A stretch of DNA of 64,000 nucleotides from Vicinamibacterales bacterium (GTDB lineage Bacteria; Acidobacteriota; Vicinamibacteria; Vicinamibacterales; SCN-69-37): NCBI GenBank assembly GCA_036675475.1, contig JAKFEY010000001.1, positions 10,442 through 74,441 of the forward strand, given 5' to 3'. A program made the translations under genes and the position numbers. The number at the start of each line of letters is the position of its first letter. The stretch's first letter is position 1. Positions 9,093-17,104 of this stretch are shown piece by piece. The notes beneath the pieces were generated by a model. That model did no database searches and had not been told where the DNA came from. It saw nothing but the letters and a program-made list of their open reading frames with translations.

Positions 9093-10066
9093 CATCAACC
9101 CTGACGACGTACGAGACGCTGTTTCAGCGCCACGCGAACAATCCCATCCTGACGGCGGCCGACTGGCCGTACGCCGTCCACAGCGTGTTCAACCCCGGGG
9201 CCACACGCCTTCGCGACGGCACGACGCTGCTGTTGTGCCGCGTCGAAGATCGCCGCGGCCTCTCGCATCTGTGCGCGGCGCGCTCCGTCAACGGCATCGA
9301 CGGGTGGGTGATTGACGAGGCGCCGACGTTCCCGGCCGATCCCGCCAATCATCCCGAAGAGCTGTGGGGCGTCGAGGACCCGCGCATCACGTTCGTCGAC
9401 GAGTTGGGGAAGTACGTCATCGCCTACACGGCCTTCAGCCGCGGCGGTCCGGGCGTCGCCCTCGCGCTGACAACCGATTTCCGCACGTTCGAGCGGCTCG
9501 GCCTCGTGATGCAGCCCGACGACAAGGACGCCGCGCTCATGCCGCGCCGCATCAACGGCTGCTTCGCGCTGATCCATCGTCCGGTCACGGAGTCCGGGGC
9601 GCATGTCTGGCTGTCGATGTCGCCCGACCTCACCAACTGGGGCACGCACACCCTGATGCTGCCGGCCCGGCGCGGAGGCTGGTGGGACGCCAATCGCGTG
9701 GGCCTGTCGCCGCCGCTGATCGAAACGCCGCGCGGCTGGCTGATGATCTATCACGGCGTGAAGCGCACGGGCGCCGGCTGCCTGTATCGCATGGGCGCCG
9801 CGCTGTTCGACCTCGAGACCGCGCAGACATGCCTGCTGCGCGGCGACGAGTGGATCTTCGGCCCCGAAACGCCATACGAACGCGAAGGGGACGTCGGCTA
9901 CGTCGCCTTCTCGTGCGGTTACACGATTGACGATGATGGCGACGGGCTGAATCTGTATTACGGAGCGGCCGACACGAGCATCGCGGTGGCGAAAGGCAGC
10001 ATCAGCCGGCTGCTCGCATGGCTCGACGAGCACGGCGACGACAGGCTCGACAGCTCGATGCGCTAG
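9089..10066 (+). CDS. GH130-family glycoside phosphorylase/hydrolase (beta-mannoside type)
   Basis: Trimmed ORF 7859..10066 to ATG 9089 (ATGA overlap with the GT4 stop). NNPILTAADWPYAVHSVFNPGA, WGVEDPRITF, RGWLMIYHGV, NLYYGAADT are GH130 hallmarks. Confidence 0.85.
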   Translation: MTSTLTTYETLFQRHANNPILTAADWPYAVHSVFNPGATRLRDGTTLLLCRVEDRRGLSHLCAARSVNGIDGWVIDEAPTFPADPANHPEELWGVEDPRITFVDELGKYVIAYTAFSRGGPGVALALTTDFRTFERLGLVMQPDDKDAALMPRRINGCFALIHRPVTESGAHVWLSMSPDLTNWGTHTLMLPARRGGWWDANRVGLSPPLIETPRGWLMIYHGVKRTGAGCLYRMGAALFDLETAQTCLLRGDEWIFGPETPYEREGDVGYVAFSCGYTIDDDGDGLNLYYGAADTSIAVAKGSISRLLAWLDEHGDDRLDSSMR

Positions 10067-11100
10067 AAGGTCAGCACGACCTTGCCGACGTTCTGCCGGC
10101 TCTGGATGTAGGCGTGTGCGGCGGCGACGTGCTCGAGCGGGAACGTGCGCGCCACGATCGGCGTGAGGCGGCCGGCGTCGAACTCCTGCATCAGCATCGC
10201 CACGATCGGCGCGAGCTGCTCGCGCTCGGACCACAGATGACCGACGTTCAGGCCGAACACGCCGCGATTGCGGTTGATGAGCGAGAAGGCCTTGAAGCGC
10301 GGCATCGCCCACAGCGTTTTCAGGATGGTGAGGTAATCGCGCGTGCGCGACGGCGCGATGTTCGAGACGCCGAACATCACCAGCCGGCCGAGCGGCGCGA
10401 GCAGCGCGTAGCTCGCGGCGAAGCTGTCGCCGCCGAGCGGATCGAGAATCACGTCAACGCCGCGCCCGCCGGTGAGGCGCGTCACGTCGGCGGCGACGTG
10501 CGCCGTGCGGTAGTCGATCAGGTGCTCGAAGCCGAATTGCTGCAGCGCGCCGTGCTTCGCGGCCGACGCGGTGCCGAACAGCCGCGCGCGCCGCAGCCGT
10601 GCCAGCTGCGCCGCCGCAATGCCGACGCCGCCGCCGGCGTTGTGAATCAGCACGGTTTCGCCGGCCGCCACGTTCGCCATCTTGTAGAGCGCGATTGCCG
10701 CGGTGAGATACGTGACGGCGACGCCCGCAGCCTCGGCGTCACTCAAAGAAGATGGCGTGGGGAAGACGCGCCAGGCCGGCGCCGTCACGAACTCGCTGTA
10801 GCCGTTGAACGCGGTGATGGCAATCACCCGCGCGCCTTCGCTGACGCCGGTGACCCCCGGACCCGCGCGCTCGACGATGCCGGCGACTTCGTAGCCGGGG
10901 ACGTAGGGCAGTTTCGGGGCGTCGGGATACAAGCCCAGCCGTCCAAGCACATCCGCGAAGTTCACGCCCGCGGCCCTGACGCGCACGAGCACCTCGCCCG
11001 GGCCCGGCTCCGGCACCGGCCGCTGTTCGATCCGGAACACGTCCGGGGCGCCGTTGCGAGGGATGACCGCTGCGCGCAAGGCGGCAGTATAATTCCGCAC
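10063..11100 (-). CDS. MDR-superfamily zinc-type alcohol dehydrogenase/quinone oxidoreductase
   Basis: GEVLVRVRAAGVNFADV, PYVPGYEVAGIV, VLIHNAGGGVGIAAAQLA (Rossmann fold), GKVVLTF C-terminus. Confidence 0.85.
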   Translation of the reverse strand: MRNYTAALRAAVIPRNGAPDVFRIEQRPVPEPGPGEVLVRVRAAGVNFADVLGRLGLYPDAPKLPYVPGYEVAGIVERAGPGVTGVSEGARVIAITAFNGYSEFVTAPAWRVFPTPSSLSDAEAAGVAVTYLTAAIALYKMANVAAGETVLIHNAGGGVGIAAAQLARLRRARLFGTASAAKHGALQQFGFEHLIDYRTAHVAADVTRLTGGRGVDVILDPLGGDSFAASYALLAPLGRLVMFGVSNIAPSRTRDYLTILKTLWAMPRFKAFSLINRNRGVFGLNVGHLWSEREQLAPIVAMLMQEFDAGRLTPIVARTFPLEHVAAAHAYIQSRQNVGKVVLTF

Positions 11101-11118
11101 CCATTAGGAGGGGTTTCC

Positions 11119-11466
11119 ATGCGCAGATTCGCGCCGTATTTCCTGACCCTGGCGCTTGCCGGGCTCGTCATCGCCCCCGTGGCCGCGCAGGCCACCGACG
11201 AGAAGACCATCAAGGGCGAAGTCATCGACATGAAGTGCCATCAGGGCAAGGGCCACGAGGCCTGCGCCACCAGCTGCGTCCGGCGCGGCGAGCAGGCCGC
11301 CATCAAGGTCGGCGAAGAGGTCTACGTGATCGTCGGTGACTTCACGGCCGACAAGAACGCGAAGCTGGTGGAGTTTGTCGCCAAGGACGTCGAGGCGACG
11401 GGCAAGATCGGCGAGAAGGACGGCCACAAGACGATCGCGGTCACCAAGATCGCGTTAGCGAAGTAG
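11119..11466 (+). CDS. small secreted Cys/His-containing protein (115 aa)
   Basis: Trimmed ORF 10018..11466 to ATG 11119 (AGGAGGGG upstream). MRRFAPYFLTLALAGLVIAPVAAQA is a signal peptide. Contains KCHQGKGHEACATSC. Confidence 0.6.
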   Translation: MRRFAPYFLTLALAGLVIAPVAAQATDEKTIKGEVIDMKCHQGKGHEACATSCVRRGEQAAIKVGEEVYVIVGDFTADKNAKLVEFVAKDVEATGKIGEKDGHKTIAVTKIALAK

Positions 11467-11470
11467 CGCA

Positions 11471-11530
11471 GGCCTTTAGGCCTGCGGTCGGGCCTTTAGG
11501 CCTGCGGTCGGGCCTTTAGGTCTGCGGTCC
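11471..11530. repeat. 3 tandem copies of a 20-bp unit GGCCTTTAGGCCTGCGGTCG, each able to form a GCAGGCC-TTTA-GGCCTGC-type hairpin
   Basis: Read directly from the sequence. The third unit carries 2 substitutions (ggtctgcggtcc). Sits between two + strand genes. Confidence 0.85.
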
Positions 11531-11567
11531 GCCCGAGGGGGTTGCGGCGGCTGGTACACTACTGACC

Positions 11568-12320
11568 ATGCCGCCGTTGCTCCCTCGGACCGCAGCATGC
11601 CTGGCCGTCACCCTGCTGGCCGGAGTCGCCGCGGCGCCGGCTTCCGCGCAGAGCCTGCGCGGCAGCCGCGCGTCACTCGACCGCCAGAACCGGGAAGCCC
11701 GCCAGCACGATTTCACCTTCCTCCGCCGTCCCTCGCAGCTCGAACGCTTCGAAGACGCGGGCCTGCTCGTGCCGCTCGAAGGCGGCCGGCATTACCGGCT
11801 GCACGATGTCTCGTTCAACGTCGCGCGCCCGGAAGTGAAACTCTTCGTCGAGCGCCTCTCGGGGCAGTACGCCACCGCCTGCGGCGAGCCCCTCATCGTC
11901 ACCAGCCTCACGCGGCCGACCACGCTGCAGCCCGTCAACGCTTCGCCGCGATCGGTGCACCCGACCGGGATGGCGATGGACCTGCGCGTGCCCGAGGGCA
12001 AGTGCCGGCGCTGGCTGGAAAAGACGCTGCTGTCGCTCGAGCGCTCGCGTGTGCTCGAGGCCACGCTCGAGCGGCGTCCGCTGCACTTTCATGTGGCGGT
12101 GTTTCCGGATGAGTATCTGGCGTATGTCGCGCGCACGACCGGGCGCAGCCAGGCGTCGCTGCTGGCGACGGTGACGGGAGCGGAGCAGCACACGGTGCGC
12201 CGCTCCGAGACATTGTGGGCGATCGCCCGGCGCTACGACACCACGCCGGCCGCCATCCGCAAGGCCAACGGCCTGACGTCGAACGTCATCAAGCCCGGCC
12301 AGACACTCGTGATTCGGTAA
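11568..12320 (+). CDS. exported DUF5715 (peptidase M15-like) / LysM-domain protein
   Basis: Signal peptide LLAGVAAAPASAQS. Contains SVHPTGMAMDLRVP. C-terminal LysM: HTVRRSETLWAIARRYDTTPAAIRKANGLTSNVIKPGQTLVI. Confidence 0.75.
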   Translation: MPPLLPRTAACLAVTLLAGVAAAPASAQSLRGSRASLDRQNREARQHDFTFLRRPSQLERFEDAGLLVPLEGGRHYRLHDVSFNVARPEVKLFVERLSGQYATACGEPLIVTSLTRPTTLQPVNASPRSVHPTGMAMDLRVPEGKCRRWLEKTLLSLERSRVLEATLERRPLHFHVAVFPDEYLAYVARTTGRSQASLLATVTGAEQHTVRRSETLWAIARRYDTTPAAIRKANGLTSNVIKPGQTLVIR

Positions 12321-13266
12321 CAAGCATCGCGAGCAGCGCCTTCTGCGTGTGCAGGCGGTTTTCGGCCTGATCGAACACGATTGAGCGCGCGCTGTCGATC
12401 ACGGCGTCGGTGACCTCGTCGCCGCGATGCGCGGGCAGGCAGTGCATGAACGACGCCTGCTCGCCGGCTGCGCGCATCAGCGCCTCGTTCACCTGATACG
12501 GCCGGAAGATCGCGTCGCGCACGCCGGCTTCATTCTCCTGGCCCATCGACGCCCACACGTCGGTATAGACCGCATCGGCGCCGGCGACCGCCTCAACCGG
12601 ATCGCTCGTCAGCAGGAGCTGCGCGCCGTGCGCCGCGCGCGCGCGGGCCGCCTCGGCCACATTCGCAGGCAGTTGATACCCGTTCGGCGAGCCGATGCGC
12701 ACGTTCACGCCCAGCATCAGGCCGGCCTGCGCGAGCGAGGCCGCCACGTTGTTGCCGTCGCCGACATAGGCGAGCGTCGCGCCCTCCAGCGAGCCGAGCT
12801 GCTCGCGCAGCGTGAGCATGTCGGCCAGCGCCTGGCACGGATGCTCCTCGTTGGTGAGCGCGTTGACCACGTGCATGCGCGGCGCGGCCGCCGCGAATTC
12901 CGCGAGGCGCGCCTGCTCGTACGTGCGCACCACACACGCCGACACCCAGCGCTCGAGATTGCGCGCCACGTCGGCCAGCGACTCGCGGCCGCCGAGCGCC
13001 ACGTCGGCCGGCGGTTCGATGACGTCGCCGCCCAGCTCGCGCACCGCGATCGTGAACGTCGACCGCGTGCGCAGCGACGGCTTCTCGAACAGCAGCGCCA
13101 CGTGCTGCCCCTCGAAAATCCTACCCGGTTGAATATTCCCGGTTGCCCGTGCGGCCTTCATCTCCGCGGCCAGATCGAGGCACGCCCGCAGCGCCGCCGG
13201 CGAGAGATCGAGCACCGAGAGGAAGTCTTTCGGCGTGTCCACCGCCACCGCAACAGCTCGCGTCAT
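12289..13266 (-). CDS. argF: ornithine carbamoyltransferase
   Basis: FEKPSLRTR, HPCQALAD, YVGDGNNV, DVWASMG, HCLPAHRGDEV. Start trimmed to ATG 13266 (ATGA overlap with the argJ stop). Confidence 0.9.
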   Translation of the reverse strand: MTRAVAVAVDTPKDFLSVLDLSPAALRACLDLAAEMKAARATGNIQPGRIFEGQHVALLFEKPSLRTRSTFTIAVRELGGDVIEPPADVALGGRESLADVARNLERWVSACVVRTYEQARLAEFAAAAPRMHVVNALTNEEHPCQALADMLTLREQLGSLEGATLAYVGDGNNVAASLAQAGLMLGVNVRIGSPNGYQLPANVAEAARARAAHGAQLLLTSDPVEAVAGADAVYTDVWASMGQENEAGVRDAIFRPYQVNEALMRAAGEQASFMHCLPAHRGDEVTDAVIDSARSIVFDQAENRLHTQKALLAMLVTESRVSGRA

Positions 13267-14480
13267 GTTCTGTACTCCGCATTGATGCGCACGTAGTCCG
13301 CACTGAAATCGCACGTCCACATCGTCGCGGCGTGCGAGCCCATCCCCAGGTCGATCGTGATCGCGATGTCCTTCTGTTTCAGGACCTCCGCGGCCTCATC
13401 GGCGCGTTCGTCGAATGGGCGCCCTTTCACGAACAATTCGACCGGGCCGATCGCGACGGACGTGCGCTCGAGCACGAAGGCGCTGCCGGATCGTCCGGCC
13501 GCGGCCACAAGGCGGCCCCAGTTCGGGTCGCCGCCATGGATGGCCGTCTTCACGAGCGGCGAGTTCGCGATCGTGCGCGCGGCCAGCCACGCGTCGCGTT
13601 CCGTCTCGGCGCCGCGCACCGTGATGGCCACCAGCTTCGTCGCGCCCTCGCCGCCACGCACGATCTCGCGCGCCAGGTGGCCCGCCACGTCAATCAGCGC
13701 GGCCGCGAAGTCATCGAGGTCGCGCTCGCGAATCGCCGCGCCGCCGGCCCCGCTCGCGAGCAGGAACACGCAGTCGTTGGTCGAGCACTCGCCGTCGACG
13801 GTGATCGCGTTGAACGTCACGTCCACCGCCTTCACCAGCGCCCGCTGCAGCAGCTCGGGCTCAACCTCCGCATCCGTCGTCAGAAACGCGAGCATGGTCG
13901 CCATGCGCGGCTCGATCATGCCGCTGCCTTTGGCGATGCCGCCGACACGAAACATGCGGCCGTCGGGCAGCGTGCACTCGATCGCGCGCGCCTTCGGGAA
14001 CGGATCGGTGGTCATGATGGCCAGCGACGCCTGATCGCCGGCGTCAGCCGCGCGCGCCGCCGCGGCCTGCCGGATGCCGGCGCGCACGTTGTCCATCGGC
14101 AGCGCGACGCCGATCACGCCGGTCGACGCCACGAGCACTTCCTCAGGCACGCAGCCGAGCAGCGACGCCGTGAGCGAGACCATCTCAGACGCGTCGGCCG
14201 CGCCCTTCTCGCCCGTGCACGCGTTCGCGCATCCGGCGTTGGCGACGATGGCCTGCGCGCGGCCGCCCGAGGCCTGGAGATTTGCCATCGACAACAGGAC
14301 GGGCGCCGCCTTCGCCTTGTTGATGGTGAAGACGGCCGCCGCCGCGCAGTCGGCGGCGGCCGCGATCAGCGCCACGTCGGGATTGCCGTTCTTCTTGATC
14401 CCGGCGGCCACGCCCGCGGCGGTGAAGCCGGCGGGCGCCGTCACCGCACCGGGAATCCCGGTGATGCGGATGTCGCTCAC
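13263..14480 (-). CDS. argJ: bifunctional glutamate N-acetyltransferase / amino-acid acetyltransferase
   Basis: APAGFTAAGVAAGIKKNGNPDVALI, NAGCANACTG, MATMLAFLTTDA (autoprocessing T), STNDCVFLLASG, ADYVRINAEYRT. Start placed at GTG 14480, 1 nt after the upstream stop; ATG 14528 is the alternative. Confidence 0.88.
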   Translation of the reverse strand: MSDIRITGIPGAVTAPAGFTAAGVAAGIKKNGNPDVALIAAAADCAAAAVFTINKAKAAPVLLSMANLQASGGRAQAIVANAGCANACTGEKGAADASEMVSLTASLLGCVPEEVLVASTGVIGVALPMDNVRAGIRQAAAARAADAGDQASLAIMTTDPFPKARAIECTLPDGRMFRVGGIAKGSGMIEPRMATMLAFLTTDAEVEPELLQRALVKAVDVTFNAITVDGECSTNDCVFLLASGAGGAAIRERDLDDFAAALIDVAGHLAREIVRGGEGATKLVAITVRGAETERDAWLAARTIANSPLVKTAIHGGDPNWGRLVAAAGRSGSAFVLERTSVAIGPVELFVKGRPFDERADEAAEVLKQKDIAITIDLGMGSHAATMWTCDFSADYVRINAEYRT

Positions 14481-14481
14481 G

Positions 14482-15072
14482 TCAGGCGGCGCTCGCCACG
14501 AGGCTCGCCTGGCCGTTGCGCAGCGCACCGGCCATCAGATCGAGCGGCAGCAGCATCGCGTACTGCTCGCACCGGCGAAAGAACGCGCACGACGTGCAGT
14601 CGGCCTGAATCTTCTCGGGCAGCCACGTGTGCGGCACGATCGAGAACCCCTGACGCACGAAGAACCCCGGGCTGTGCGTGAACGCGCAGATGGACAGATA
14701 GCCGGCGTCGCGCGCCGCCGTGACGAGCGCCGCCGTGAGATCCGCGGCCACGCCGCCGCCGCGATGATCCCGATCGACGACCAGCGAGCGCACCTCGGCC
14801 ACCTGCGACGACAGCTTCATCAGCTCCGCGCACGCGATGATGCACCCGTCCTCTTTCCGCGGCGGGGCCGCCTGCACCCCGCCTGGCTCGGCCGCTCGCA
14901 GGGCCCCACCGCCCCGCTCCGCGGCCTCGCAGATCACGATGAAGCGGTCGGCATGCGTCTCGAGCTCGGCGAGCGAGCGGGGCAGCAGATGCCCTTCGAG
15001 GCGATGCGCTTCAATCAGCGCGAACAGGGCCGGCGCTTCCGCGCGATCGGCGTAGCGGATGGTCTTCGTCAT
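14482..15072 (-). CDS. GNAT acetyltransferase, short N-acetylglutamate-synthase-like, with Cys-rich C-terminal tail
   Basis: VAEVRSLVVDRDHRGGGVAADL (acetyl-CoA loop), then LPEKIQADCTSCAFFRRCEQYAM. Embedded in the arg operon with overlapping stop/start on both sides. Confidence 0.7.
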   Translation of the reverse strand: MTKTIRYADRAEAPALFALIEAHRLEGHLLPRSLAELETHADRFIVICEAAERGGGALRAAEPGGVQAAPPRKEDGCIIACAELMKLSSQVAEVRSLVVDRDHRGGGVAADLTAALVTAARDAGYLSICAFTHSPGFFVRQGFSIVPHTWLPEKIQADCTSCAFFRRCEQYAMLLPLDLMAGALRNGQASLVASAA

Positions 15073-16241
15073 AGCACGTCACCAAGAATCGAAACAGCCT
15101 CGTCAATCTGCGCAGCCGTCACGATGTATGGCGGCAGCACACGCAGCACGGTGTTGGCCGTGCGGTTGATCAGCAGCCCGCGCTCGAGCGCGGCCTGCAG
15201 TACGGCGGCGGCATCGCCTTCGACGTCGATGCCGCGCATCAGTCCCACGCCGCGAACGGCGGTCACCCGCGTGTGGCGCGCCCTCAGCCCCTCGAGCGCG
15301 TCGCCCAGGTATTCACCCATCGCCCGCGCGTGATCGAGCAGGCCGCCTTCGAGCTCGTCGAGCACCGTGAGCGCGGCGCGGCACGCCAGCAGATTGCCGC
15401 CATACGTGCTGCCGTGATCGCCCGGCGCGACCGCCGATGCCACGCGCTCGCTCATCAGCGCGGCGCCAATCGGCATGCCGCCGCCAAGCGCCTTGCCGAG
15501 CGCCATCAGATCGGGCTGCAGTCCCAGCGTCGTCGAATGGAACATGCGGCCGGTGCGGCCCATGCCCGACTGCACCTCGTCGGCAATCAGCAGCGCGCCC
15601 GTGCGCGCGCAGCCGGCCGCGATCGCGGCAACCGCCTCCGGCGACAGCGGCCGCACGCCGCCTTCACCCTGGATCGGCTCGACGATGACAGCGGCGACGT
15701 CGTCCGTGATCGCGTCGGCGATAGACGCCGCGTCATGCGGATCCGCAAAGACGACGTCTTCGATCAGCGGCGCGAACGGCTCGCGATAGTGCGGCTCCCA
15801 CGTGACCGAGAGCGAGCCCATGGTGCGGCCGTGGAAGCTGTGCTTCAGCGCCACGAACTTCGTCTTGCCCGAGGCCTTGCGCGCGAACTTGAGGCACGCC
15901 TCCACGGCTTCCGTGCCGCTGTTGCAGAAGAAGGCGCGCGGCAGCGTCGAGTGCGCGGCAAGGCGCGCGGCCAGCTCGCCCTGCAGCGGGTGGAAGTACA
16001 GATTGCTCGTGTGGGCGAGCGTCGCCGCCTGCCCGGCCAAAGCCTGCGCAAGGGAGGGGTGCGCGTGGCCGAGGGCGGCGACGCCCACGCCCGACACGAA
16101 GTCGAGATAGCGGCGGCCGGCCGTGTCGAACAGATACACGCCATCGCCCCGCTCGAACACGACGTTCGGGCGGCGATAGATCTGCAGAAGGTTGGCGGCC
16201 TCGAGGGCCTGCACGTTCGTTTCGCTGCTGACTGTCGTCAT
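15069..16241 (-). CDS. argD: acetylornithine aminotransferase
   Basis: Trimmed ORF 15069..16754 to ATG 16241. FCNSGTEAVEA, HSFHGRT, DEVQSGMGRTG, STYGGN. Confidence 0.9.
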   Translation of the reverse strand: MTTVSSETNVQALEAANLLQIYRRPNVVFERGDGVYLFDTAGRRYLDFVSGVGVAALGHAHPSLAQALAGQAATLAHTSNLYFHPLQGELAARLAAHSTLPRAFFCNSGTEAVEACLKFARKASGKTKFVALKHSFHGRTMGSLSVTWEPHYREPFAPLIEDVVFADPHDAASIADAITDDVAAVIVEPIQGEGGVRPLSPEAVAAIAAGCARTGALLIADEVQSGMGRTGRMFHSTTLGLQPDLMALGKALGGGMPIGAALMSERVASAVAPGDHGSTYGGNLLACRAALTVLDELEGGLLDHARAMGEYLGDALEGLRARHTRVTAVRGVGLMRGIDVEGDAAAVLQAALERGLLINRTANTVLRVLPPYIVTAAQIDEAVSILGDVL

Positions 16242-17104
16242 TGGTTGCTGGTTGCTGGCTTGCCCCCCGGAGCTATGGCGAAGGGGGGGTGCTGGTTGCT
16301 GGTAAGAACAGTGCCAGCTTCGAAAGTCGTGTCGCGTCCGTCCACGATGCGCACATCGGCCACACCGGCTTCGCGCGCGGCCTGGCAGGCGCGCAGCTTG
16401 GCGATCATGCCGGCCGTGGCGCTGCCGTCGTTCACCATCGCCTCGAGCGCCGCGGCGTCGAGCGCATCGATCAGCTGTCCGCCGGCATCGAGCACGCCGG
16501 GCGTGCTGCCGGCCACGAGCAGCCGCGCGGCGCCGATGGACGCGGCGACGTGCGCCGCCATGACGTCGGCGTTGACGTTGAGCAGATCGCAGGCCTGAAG
16601 GCCTGCGCTCCCGCCGATGCTCGCGATCACCGGCACGTAGCCGAGGCCGCACAGGTCGGCCACAATCTGCGCGTCGCCGGCCAGCGGCCGGCCGACCAGG
16701 CCCGGATCCACGGCCGAGCCCGACACCGTTTCCATCGCGCTCACGCGCTCGCACAGGGCCAGGCCGGCGTCCACGCCTGTGAGGCCGACGGCGCGAACGC
16801 CGCGCGACGTCAGCGCCGCGACCAGCTCCGTATTCGCCGTCCCCGCAAGCACCGCCACCACCGTATCGAGCGTGGCCTGATCGGTGACGCGGATGCCGTC
16901 GCGCTTCACCGGCTCGATGCCGCGCCGCGCCAGCTCCGCGTCGATGGCCTTGCCACCGCCGTGCACGACGACGAGCGGCGTGTGCGCGGCCATCGCCGCC
17001 ACCGCGCCGGCCGTGCGCGCGCGATCCGCGGCCGATTCGATGAGCTCTCCGCCCAGCTTCAGCACCGTGACGCGCCCATGGGAAATTGGAAAAGGCGTCG
17101 TCAC
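16238..17104 (-). CDS. argB: acetylglutamate kinase
   Basis: Trimmed ORF 16238..17941 to GTG 17104 (GTGA overlap with the argC stop). VLKLGGELI, VVVHGGG, NVNADVMAAHVA. Has an unusual ~20-aa tail (TSNQHPPFAIAPGGKPATSNQ) encoded by a short tandem-repeat tract. Confidence 0.88.
   Translation of the reverse strand: MTTPFPISHGRVTVLKLGGELIESAADRARTAGAVAAMAAHTPLVVVHGGGKAIDAELARRGIEPVKRDGIRVTDQATLDTVVAVLAGTANTELVAALTSRGVRAVGLTGVDAGLALCERVSAMETVSGSAVDPGLVGRPLAGDAQIVADLCGLGYVPVIASIGGSAGLQACDLLNVNADVMAAHVAASIGAARLLVAGSTPGVLDAGGQLIDALDAAALEAMVNDGSATAGMIAKLRACQAAREAGVADVRIVDGRDTTFEAGTVLTSNQHPPFAIAPGGKPATSNQ

Noticed and set aside
11471-11530. CRISPR array
   Set aside because: The units are directly abutting 20-mers with no spacers, and no cas genes are present. 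The heptamer arrays at 28971-29087 likewise lack spacers.
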